Assembly: GCA_038245295.1 (NCBI GenBank)
Contig: JBBRSP010000051.1
Location: 1 to 21,897 of the forward strand
Length of the DNA: 21,897 nt
Direction of reading: 5' to 3'
Origin: Candidatus Binatia bacterium
GTDB lineage: Bacteria > Desulfobacterota > Binatia > HRBIN30
Below are positions 9,267-16,617 of the stretch, one piece after another. The first letter of the stretch is position 1. Every line of letters begins with the position of its first letter. The notes beneath the pieces are model-generated. The model ran no database searches and was not told the origin of the DNA. It was given only the letters and a program-made list of their open reading frames with translations. The position numbers were made by a program, and so were the translations under genes.

Positions 9267-9755
9267 GTGCTGACCGGAGCGTTCACCGTCGAGCCGCGGT
9301 GGTCAGTGAAGGACAAGATCGTGTTCATGCGCCTCAACGAATCGCTCCTCGACATTTACACCATCAATACCGCCGGGCAGGACCTTCGGCGGCTGACGGG
9401 CAACCAGGGCAACAATGGCGATCCGGCCTGGTCTCCCGACGGGTCCAAGATCAGCTTCGGAAGCGACCGAGAAGGTAACGACAAGCTGAATATCTTTGTC
9501 ATGAACGAGGACGGCTCCAATCCCGTGCAGCTGACCCACGTGGGCGTCCCGGAAGAGACGGGCGATACGAGTTGGTCCTCCGACGGGGACAAGATTGCCT
9601 TCGAGCATGACATCAACGGGAAGAAACAATCCGATCCGACCGCGCGCGCCGAGGTCTGGACGATGAACGCGGATGGCTCCGGGCAAGTGAGTACCGGGCA
9701 ATCCTGCAGCAACGTCGGCTGCGCCCCGCGGTTCGCACCGACGCGCCAGCCATAG
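9267..9755 (+). pseudogene. N-terminally truncated TolB-like (PD40-repeat) beta-propeller fragment
   Basis: DPAWSPDGSKISFGSDR, IFVMNEDGSNPVQLT, SWSSDGDKIAF, VWTMNADGSG. Only about three blades, no signal peptide, in-frame TAG at 9243. Confidence 0.65.
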
Positions 9756-9780
9756 CGCGTAGGGCGCTTCCTGGCCGCTT

Positions 9781-9873
9781 TTAGTCGCTTGCAAAAAAGC
9801 TCGCCGACTTGTCCGGCTTGCACCTGCGGCGGTCGTAGAGCTTGGTGGTCGTCGCGTCGGCATGGCCCGCGGC
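9781..9873 (-). pseudogene. C-terminal remnant of a tyrosine recombinase/integrase
   Basis: AAGHADATTTKLYDRRRCKPDKSASFFASD* matches the box-II (L/A)GH....TT..Y motif with the catalytic Tyr; no H-x-x-R or upstream domain is recognisable in frame. Confidence 0.65.
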
Positions 9874-10008
9874 TAGCCTGCGGCGTGTTGCAGAGGCCCG
9901 CCTGCGGATGCACCGCGGGCTGTGTATCTTCCAAACGGTTACGGTTTGCGGCGGCAATGCGCTTGATGGTACGCGACACCATCCGCAGGTCGCTGGGCAG
10001 GGGGCGTG

Positions 10009-10542
10009 ATGAAGCATCCACGAAGTTCTTGGCTATTGGCTTTTCCCATCTCGTCGTTGGCGGTGCTCCTGCTGCAACTCTCGGACGCGCGTGGCTAAAG
10101 CATCGCCCAGGAATTCACCCGCATCGGCGCCGGTGAATCGCTGGTCGTTCCTTTTGTGTCGCGGTCGGTGTCGACAACGAGCCAGTACGGCGGCCTGGTC
10201 GAGGTGATCGTGTCGGGAACCGGGACCAGTTACGGCCAGCTGGTAAACGACGCCTTCTATGATGTGCCGTCCGGTATCCCGGTTGACTACTCGGGTTCCG
10301 GCTCGCTGTTCCAAACCCGCTACTACCAATTGAACCTGGGTTGGCAGAATGGCTTCGGGCTCCTCGGTTGCGACGACGAGCCGTACAACATCAACAACGC
10401 CATCGTCTTCATCGACGGCGTGGGTAGCGTGAGCCCACCGGCAATGCCTTCGTATGAACCGGTCACGCATCGTTATGACTTTGTGGTCCGTGTGCCGGAA
10501 GACGCCGGTCAACTCAACTTCGGTGACGCAGACTGCGGCTGC
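10009..10542 (+). pseudogene. Secreted hypothetical protein with an in-frame nonsense codon, 3' end lost at the REP array
   Basis: ATG 10009 gives MKHPRSSWLLAFPISSLAVLLLQLSDARG*SIAQEFTRIG... (TAA 10096-10098), in frame with track ORF 10156; protein-like sequence ends at ...NFGDADCGC where the repeat starts. Confidence 0.7.
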
Positions 10543-10718
10543 TTTAGCTTGCGGCGGAATGCCCACGCTGAACCGTTCCATCCGGCGCAGGCTGAAGACC
10601 TGCGCCTACCTCACCGCCTCGATGCCGGGCCGTCACGGGGTAGGCGCAAGCTTTAGCTTGCGGCGGAATGCCCACGCTGAACCGCTCCATCCGGCGCAGG
10701 CTGAAGACCTGCGCCTAC
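10541..10718. repeat. BIME-like array of alternating inverted GTAG REPs, 3' of the RAYT gene
   Basis: Partial REP-A from 10541, REP-B 10584-10609 (GGCGCAGGCTGAAGACCTGCGCCTAC), REP-A 10640-10662 (GTAGGCGCAAGCTTTAGCTTGCG), REP-B 10693-10718; period 109 bp with conserved linkers. Confidence 0.95.
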
Positions 10719-11203
10719 CTGGTGGCGAGGCCGTCGATGATGGCTCGGAGGTCGTGGCCGATCGCACCGGTGAAGGGGTAATCCTCCCAGCGTTCTACGA
10801 GCCCGGCGCGTACCGGATTATTGGCGATGTATCGGATGTGTTTGCAGAGATCCTCGTCGCGCCGCATGACATGGCCATTGAAGTCCTTCTGCCAAGCGTG
10901 CCGCATGCCGGCTTGAGCCAGCCAGAAACCCGAACGTTGCTTGAAGGCTGACATCGCTGAGAGCGTGTCGGCCATCACTGTCGATCCGGCGAGTACCGTG
11001 TGAAGGTGATCCGGCATGAAGCAACAGATCATCGCGCTCGTCCAGGTTCCCGCACAGGCCAGGCGAAGGCAGTCGACCAGAGACTGGACAACCCGAGGAG
11101 TCGTGAAAAGCGCGCGTCGGCCGCGTGTACACGCGGTAAAGGAGACGACGACCTCGCCGCGGTATTCCTCCACGGGGAGGCGGTGTTTGCGTTCAAAGAT
11201 CAT
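10715..11203 (-). CDS. REP-associated tyrosine transposase (RAYT/TnpA-REP, IS200/IS605 Y1 HUH superfamily)
   Basis: RKHRL..Y, SFTACT, FMPDHLH (HUH), FKQRSG, WQKDFNGHVMR, YIANNPVRAGLV..WEDYPF (catalytic Tyr); flanked on both sides by GTAG REPs. Confidence 0.93.
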   Translation of the reverse strand: MIFERKHRLPVEEYRGEVVVSFTACTRGRRALFTTPRVVQSLVDCLRLACAGTWTSAMICCFMPDHLHTVLAGSTVMADTLSAMSAFKQRSGFWLAQAGMRHAWQKDFNGHVMRRDEDLCKHIRYIANNPVRAGLVERWEDYPFTGAIGHDLRAIIDGLATR

Positions 11204-11285
11204 TCCCGAATTGGATCACAGCGGCGGCGATGGCGCATTGGCTGCGCTGCATACATGCGCGAGCGCGGTGGGGCGCCGGAATTAC

Positions 11286-11473
11286 GGCGCAGGCTAAAGA
11301 CCTGCGCCTACCTCACCGCCGCGATGCCGGGCCGTCAGGGGTAGGCGCAAGCTTTAGCTTGCGGCGGAATGCCCATCCTGAATCGCTCCATCCGGCGCAG
11401 GCTAAAGACCTGCGCCTACCTCACCGCCTCGATGCGCGGGCCGTCAGGGGTAGGCGCAAGCTTTAGCTTGCGG
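11286..11473. repeat. BIME-like array of alternating inverted GTAG REPs, 5' of the RAYT gene
   Basis: REP-B 11286-11311, REP-A 11341-11363, REP-B 11394-11419, REP-A 11450-11472; same linkers as the left array, period 108-109 bp. Confidence 0.95.
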
Positions 11474-11493
11474 TAGTAGCCAGGCAACGGAAC

Positions 11494-12066
11494 ATGATCC
11501 TCGAAGACCTCAAGCACAAGACCGCGCTGTTCTACGGCGAGGTTTCTACCAGGCTGACTCTGCGTATCCTGCTGACCGACGGCACCTCGGCGATGATGTT
11601 GTTTCGCCTCGTCGGCTTCTTGCGCCGCAACGGGCTGGGCGCTCTCGGTTGGATCTTCGTGAAGGCCAACGGCATTCTCAACGGCTGTGTCATCGGCCGC
11701 AATGCCACCTTCGGCGCCGGCTTCGTGATCATGCATAGCCACGGCGTCGTCATCAACGGCGGCGTGCGCGGCGGCAACAACATCGTGGTCGAAAGCGGCG
11801 TTGTCATCGGAGCCGCACGGTACGGCCTGCCCGTCCGGGTTCCGACTCTGGGCAGCGATATTTTTTTTGGGTCCGGCGCCAAGATTCTCGGCGGCATCAC
11901 GATCGGCAACCACGTCACCGTTGGCGCCAACGCTGTGGTGGTAGACGATGTTCCGGATGGCGCCACGGTGGTTGGGATTCCGGCGCGCGTCGTCAAGATG
12001 GCCGAGATCGCCCAGCCGCCAGCCGAGATGCCGTCCGTATCCCCACAGGACCGGGTGGGGCATTGA
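11494..12066 (+). CDS. Serine O-acetyltransferase-like hexapeptide-repeat acetyltransferase, probably polysaccharide-modifying
   Basis: IGRNATFGAGFVIMHSHGVVI, PTLGSDIFFGSGAKILGGITIGNHVTVGANAVVVDDVP...VVGIPARVV; next to EPS genes. Confidence 0.88.
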   Translation: MILEDLKHKTALFYGEVSTRLTLRILLTDGTSAMMLFRLVGFLRRNGLGALGWIFVKANGILNGCVIGRNATFGAGFVIMHSHGVVINGGVRGGNNIVVESGVVIGAARYGLPVRVPTLGSDIFFGSGAKILGGITIGNHVTVGANAVVVDDVPDGATVVGIPARVVKMAEIAQPPAEMPSVSPQDRVGH

Positions 12067-13073
12067 AGGGCAAGACGCGGCTTCTGTCTGAGATCCTCTT
12101 CCACGCGCGCGCTCTGCAGGCGGTGAAAGGGCTGCTGCGCGATCGCGTCGTCGTGCTGAACTATCATCGGCTGCGCCCCGACGATGCGACGGCGACGACG
12201 CCGTTTGACGACCTCGTCTTCGGGCCAACCGTGTCGCAGTTCGAAGAGGAGATGGTCTGGCTGAAGCAGAATGTGCACCTTCTGCGTGAGACCGAGTTGA
12301 TCGACGGCCACCAGGCGCGGCGCGGCCCGGGTGAGCTGAGTGTGCTCGTCACCACCGATGACGGGTACCGCGACAACTACACACTCGCCTATCCGGTTCT
12401 GCGCCGCCTTGGCATCCCGGCCCTCTTCTTTGTACCGTCCGCCTTCATCGAATCGCGCCGCCTCGGCTGGTGGGATCAACTCGCCTACATCCTCAAGCGC
12501 TGCGCCAAGCCGCAAATCAATTTCGATGGCAGGGTATTCGACCTGCCGCGCAGCCGCCGCGAGGCATTCGGATTCCTGAATCGGCAAATCATCGACGCGC
12601 ACAAGGGAACGGCTCAGGGAGTGCTCGATCAACTCGTCGCCGTGTGTGAAGTCGATCCGCCGAGTAACGAGATTCAGGACGCCGAGCTCATGACATGGGA
12701 GCAACTCCAAGAGATGAGCCAGCACGATATTGCGATCGGCTCACACACCCATAGCCACCGCATCCTGAGCGGCCTTGGCGCCGCCGAGCAGCGCGACGAG
12801 ATGATCACGTCGCGACAGTTGATTGCGTCCAAGATCGGCGGCCCGGTGCGTTCGGTCGCCTACCCGGTCGGCGGTCGGGCCCACTTCACGGCGGAAACGC
12901 AGCGGCTGGCCCAGGACACGGGCTATGAGCTCGGCTTCTCGTTCTACGCCGGATTCAATCGATGGAGCACGATGAATCCGTTCGACATCCGCCGCACCGC
13001 GGTCGCCTATAACGATCGTATCGGCGTTGCCGCCGCGGCAACCCTGCCGGAATGGTTTACGTGGGCGACGTGA
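12063..13073 (+). CDS. Polysaccharide deacetylase (CE4/NodB family)
   Basis: VLNYHRL, TTDDGY, GIPALFFVPS, IGSHTHSHRIL, AYPVG motifs; TTG start overlaps the previous stop (TTGA). Confidence 0.9.
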   Translation: MKGKTRLLSEILFHARALQAVKGLLRDRVVVLNYHRLRPDDATATTPFDDLVFGPTVSQFEEEMVWLKQNVHLLRETELIDGHQARRGPGELSVLVTTDDGYRDNYTLAYPVLRRLGIPALFFVPSAFIESRRLGWWDQLAYILKRCAKPQINFDGRVFDLPRSRREAFGFLNRQIIDAHKGTAQGVLDQLVAVCEVDPPSNEIQDAELMTWEQLQEMSQHDIAIGSHTHSHRILSGLGAAEQRDEMITSRQLIASKIGGPVRSVAYPVGGRAHFTAETQRLAQDTGYELGFSFYAGFNRWSTMNPFDIRRTAVAYNDRIGVAAAATLPEWFTWAT

Positions 13074-13101
13074 GGTCCACGTTGACCGGCGCTCAGCTCA
13101 C

Positions 13102-13124
13102 CGCAGGCTGAAGCCTGCGCCTAC
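13102..13124 (-). repeat. Solitary GTAG REP between convergent genes
   Basis: CGCAGGCTGAAGCCTGCGCCTAC, same family as the RAYT-flanking REPs. Confidence 0.85.
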
Positions 13125-13205
13125 CCATCGTGCCCCTGCCCGGCTCTTGCGGCGGTTTCATCCTGGTTCGGGCGCGGGCGTGGGACTTGTGGGCAACAGA
13201 CAGAT

Positions 13206-13883
13206 TCATCGCGGGCGGTAGGGATACCCATAGGTATACCCAAGGACGGGAGTATCGGCGTTGTTGAAGACAAAGCCGATGATCTTGGCTGGATCGATTG
13301 TGCGGAGCGCCTCTTCGATGGGGCCGCGCGGCGTACGGTGCGCCGCGACGACGAGAACGAATCCATCGACGAGCTCGGCGATGAGGCGACAATCAGACAC
13401 CGAGACCAAGGGCGCCGTGTCGACGACGATGAAGTCGTAGCGCCGGCGGGCCTCGTCGAGCAGTGCGCCGAAGCGAGGCGAGCTGAGCATTTCATACGGC
13501 GAGCCGGAAGCCGAACCCGCAAGCACAACCTCCAGCCCGAATGGCAACGAGTTGAGCAACACACTGTCGAGCTTCACCTCGGCGACCAGCATGTCCGCCA
13601 GACCGCGGCCCGGTTGCACACCCAGCTTCTGTGCCACCGTCGAGGCGCGCAGGTCGGCGTCCAACAATAGAACCTTGCGGTTCTCCGACTGCGCCAGGGC
13701 GCCGGCAAGATTGATGGCGGTCAGGGTCTTGCCGTCCCCGGCACCGGCGCTCGACACCGCAACCACATACGGCTTGCCCGGCGTGGCGACATGCTCCACC
13801 GCGTTGCGCAGCTTGCGGTACTGCTCGGCCTCGGGACAAACCGGATCGACGAGGCTCACCAAATGTGGATCGAGTTCACTCAT
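13206..13883 (-). CDS. CpsD/CapB-family bacterial tyrosine kinase (stand-alone Wzc kinase domain)
   Basis: AEQYRKLR, Walker A GAGDGKT, A' LLDADLR, Walker B IVVDTAP, C-terminal Tyr cluster GYTYGYPY. Confidence 0.93.
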   Translation of the reverse strand: MSELDPHLVSLVDPVCPEAEQYRKLRNAVEHVATPGKPYVVAVSSAGAGDGKTLTAINLAGALAQSENRKVLLLDADLRASTVAQKLGVQPGRGLADMLVAEVKLDSVLLNSLPFGLEVVLAGSASGSPYEMLSSPRFGALLDEARRRYDFIVVDTAPLVSVSDCRLIAELVDGFVLVVAAHRTPRGPIEEALRTIDPAKIIGFVFNNADTPVLGYTYGYPYRPR

Positions 13884-13886
13884 GGC

Positions 13887-15452
13887 TTACGACAGCAAGG
13901 CCACCAAACGTGTGTTGTAGCGGGCCAGAACATACGACACGGCGACGATACAGAGCAGCCCAACGAGTGTCGCGGTGGTCGCGAGCCAACGCCGGCGCCT
14001 CTGGGCGCGCCGATCGCCGTCGGTAACGATCTGCGGGATGGTCACCAGTACCGGCACACTGGAGAAGGCGCGTAGTTCTTCGACCGTGTGAATGGTGGGA
14101 TCAAACGCCTCGGCAACTCCGGCGACCACCGCCGCCAGGCCAAAGGAGAGCATCAGGCCGACCAGGAGAAGGCGCAATCGATTCGGCGCGACCGGTCGGT
14201 CCGCCACCAGCGCCGGATCCAAGATGCGAAACTGCGCCCCCTTACGATTGTGCTCGAGACTCTCCGACAACTTGGCTTCTTCGTAGCGCTTCAGGAGTGA
14301 TTGGTAGACCTGCTGCGTCGTTTCGTAGTCGCGCCGCAGCACCTGGAACTGCTGTTCGCGACGCGGCGTATTCTCGATGCGTGCTTCGTACTCGGCAATC
14401 TGCGCCCGCAGCCGGTCTTCCTCGGCCTTCAACACCTTCACCTCGACACCCGCCATGGTGTCGGCGCCGGCACCCGGGTTGACGACTTCGCTCGGTTTGC
14501 CACGCGCCGGCGCCGCGCCGCCATCGCGTTCCAATTGATTCTCGAGATCGGTGATCTCGCTGCGCAGGCGCACGACATCGGGATACTTGTCGGTAAACCG
14601 CTTGCGCATATCGGCCAGCTCGCGGCGCGCCGTCTCGAGGCGACCCAGCGGCGAGCCGGCGGTGGTTGCCGACGGCGCGTCCGCCAACTTCGCCGGCGCC
14701 CGATCGCGCACACCCTGGCGTTCGCGCGCCAAGGCCTGGCGCTCGCTGTTCAGCAGGAGCTGCGCACTGAGTCGCTCGAGGGCCGACAGGTTGGCGGTCT
14801 CCTGTTGCGGCAACTCTCCCATGTATTGTTCCTTGAATTCCTTGACGGAGCGCTCCTGGCTTTCCAGCTGAACCTTCATCTCATCAAGTTGGTTGCGCAG
14901 GAACTCCGCCGTACCGGCGGCTTGACGCTCACGGACTTTCAGATCTTCTTCGATGTAGGTTTCCGCTAGCTCGTTGGTAACCGCCGCCACCGTTTCCGGG
15001 TTGGCTCCCGTATAACTGATGATGAAGGCCACCGTACCGTCGCGCGCCGTCCCCCGCTCACTTCCCTCGAGCTCGAGCTTGATGTCGCCGCGCATACGCT
15101 GCACGACATCTTCCATCGGACGGCGCTGGCGTAGCGCCGCATAAAGGTCATGCTTCTCGATCAGCATCACCAGACGCGCGCGGCTCATGATCTGCTGGCT
15201 GATCTCCTGCAAGCGGCTGTCGACTTCGCGCGTCACTGTCGAGCGCACGAAATCTTCCGGGACCTGCTGGCGCTCCACCAGGACCGTGGCGCCGGAGCGG
15301 TAGATGTCGGGCAGAAATACCGCGAGGCTGAGAGTGGCGGTGATCGTCGCGGCGGCGAGCGGCACCATGAGCCAGGCGCGACGACGCAGAATCGAGACAA
15401 CCCGCTCGAGGCCGATGTCGCCGTCCTCCGCCTTGCTGGTCTGGGCCGCCAT
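13887..15452 (-). CDS. Polysaccharide co-polymerase/chain-length determinant (Wzz/GumC family)
   Basis: N-terminal TM plus PDIYRSGATVLVE, long coiled coil, YTDKYPDV-like FTDKYPDVVRL, FRILDPA...PVAPNR, C-terminal TM helices. Confidence 0.92.
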   Translation of the reverse strand: MAAQTSKAEDGDIGLERVVSILRRRAWLMVPLAAATITATLSLAVFLPDIYRSGATVLVERQQVPEDFVRSTVTREVDSRLQEISQQIMSRARLVMLIEKHDLYAALRQRRPMEDVVQRMRGDIKLELEGSERGTARDGTVAFIISYTGANPETVAAVTNELAETYIEEDLKVRERQAAGTAEFLRNQLDEMKVQLESQERSVKEFKEQYMGELPQQETANLSALERLSAQLLLNSERQALARERQGVRDRAPAKLADAPSATTAGSPLGRLETARRELADMRKRFTDKYPDVVRLRSEITDLENQLERDGGAAPARGKPSEVVNPGAGADTMAGVEVKVLKAEEDRLRAQIAEYEARIENTPRREQQFQVLRRDYETTQQVYQSLLKRYEEAKLSESLEHNRKGAQFRILDPALVADRPVAPNRLRLLLVGLMLSFGLAAVVAGVAEAFDPTIHTVEELRAFSSVPVLVTIPQIVTDGDRRAQRRRRWLATTATLVGLLCIVAVSYVLARYNTRLVALLS

Positions 15453-16121
15453 TTAGCGAACTATGATGATGTCGCCGGCGCGCAATACGAAATTCTCCTC
15501 CGCGCCGTCGGGAGAGGTCGCCTTTGAATAGTGGAAGGGCAGCCGGTTCGTCTGTCCGCCTTCGGAGCGCAGCACGGTAATCGTATCGGCGGCAAACTCG
15601 GTGAGGCCGCCGGCCATGGCCAGGGCGTCGAGGACGGTGGTCCGATTCTGCAGCGCATAACGGCCGGGTTGGCGCACCTCCCCGATCACCGACACGGCAA
15701 CACCCTTCACCTCGTGGACGATGACCGATACCTCGCTGTTGGAAACGTACTCCGCCAGCTTGGCGGCCAACACGTCGCGCAACTCGGGCGCCGTGCGGCC
15801 GGCTGCCGAAATCTCATTGAGCAACGGTAGAGAGATGCGCCCATCGGGGCGCACCAGGACCGTGCGGCTCAGGTCAGCGTTCTTCCACACCGACACTTCA
15901 ATGAGGTCACCCGGCTGGATCACATACGGCGCCGGAAGGTCGTCCGCCGTGTTCGCCTCGGCAGGTGCAGCCAGCGGGCGCTCCGATGCATCGGCGGGTG
16001 GTGTCCTGGTGCTTGGTACAAAGCAGCCGGTCATCACCAACGGCAAGGCGATGAGAATGAGAAGGCGGCAACCAAGGGTGGGCGCCGCGTTCGACAGGTT
16101 GGTTTGATCAATGCGTGTCAT
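15453..16121 (-). CDS. Polysaccharide export OPX/Wza-family lipoprotein, short form
   Basis: Lipobox-like VMTG-C; YVIQPGDLIEVSVW...VRPDGRISLPLL (Poly_export), VIGEVRQPGRY...LAMAGGLT (SLBB); ends LRAGDIIIVR. ATG 16121 preferred to the track start, which abuts a REP. Confidence 0.9.
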   Translation of the reverse strand: MTRIDQTNLSNAAPTLGCRLLILIALPLVMTGCFVPSTRTPPADASERPLAAPAEANTADDLPAPYVIQPGDLIEVSVWKNADLSRTVLVRPDGRISLPLLNEISAAGRTAPELRDVLAAKLAEYVSNSEVSVIVHEVKGVAVSVIGEVRQPGRYALQNRTTVLDALAMAGGLTEFAADTITVLRSEGGQTNRLPFHYSKATSPDGAEENFVLRAGDIIIVR

Positions 16122-16204
16122 GCCGGCTGCACGGACCGTCGCTGAATAGCAAGCCATCGGCGAGAGCGCCAACCGTTTGGCTTCAACTTCGATGCCACAC
16201 ACGC

Positions 16205-16613
16205 CGCAGGCTGAAGCCTGCGCCTACCGGCCTGCATTCCACCTGGGGATCCAAAGGGGAGGTGGGGTCATGTCCTCGGAAGAAGATGTAGAATCCCGAA
16301 CTTCCCTCTCCCACCGTGAATGAGGATCCCAGACAGTGGGAGAGGGTGAGGGTGAGGGTTCGGTCTGCGGATCCAGCGAGCCCAGCCGCGGTCCCTCACC
16401 CCGACCCTCTCCCCCCAATCGACAATCCATTTGAAGTGGGAGAGGGGGAGCTTGGTCTTCAACAACGCGGGGGCGCTGGGCTCGTCGGCACTCGGTTGAA
16501 ATGGCCCCACCACCTCCAAAGGGTACCGGCTTGCGTTCCACCTGGGAATCCAAAGGGCACCGGCTTGCGCTCCACCTAGGGATCCAAAGGGTAGGCGCAG
16601 GCTTCAGCCTGCG
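16205..16613. repeat. Mosaic intergenic repeat: two outward-facing GTAG REPs enclosing three 33-bp direct repeats and a MITE-like insert
   Basis: REPs at 16205-16227 and 16591-16613; ACCGGCYTGCRYTCCACCTRGGRATCCAAAGGG at 16226, 16525 and 16559. Confidence 0.85.
16258..16517. mobile_element. Putative 260-bp MITE carrying a CCCTCTCCC/GGGAGAGGG palindrome doublet
   Basis: Imperfect terminal IRs GGAGGTGGGGTCAT and ATGGCCCCACCACCTCC; AAAGG duplicated at 16253-16257 and 16518-16522; removing it restores the 34-bp period of the direct repeats. Confidence 0.6.
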
Positions 16614-16617
16614 GCGT

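Noticed and set aside
10096..10098. Programmed readthrough or alternative genetic code
   Set aside because: TAA is used as a normal stop elsewhere in the window (4981, 13887, 15453) and the gene also appears 3'-truncated; a nonsense mutation is simpler.
10715..11203. Ordinary IS200/IS605 element with TnpB
   Set aside because: No tnpB is present; the WQ...GH..R and NPV.AGLV motifs and the GTAG REP arrays indicate a RAYT.
10541..11473. CRISPR array
   Set aside because: The intervening sequences are themselves repeated, repeats alternate in orientation, no cas genes are present, and the adjacent gene is a RAYT.
11494..12066. Housekeeping cysE
   Set aside because: Short, lacks a recognisable SATase N-terminal domain and sits in polysaccharide context, so no symbol was assigned.
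16226..16591. Mini-CRISPR made of 33-bp direct repeats
   Set aside because: Units are separated by 1 bp once the insert is removed; there are no spacers.
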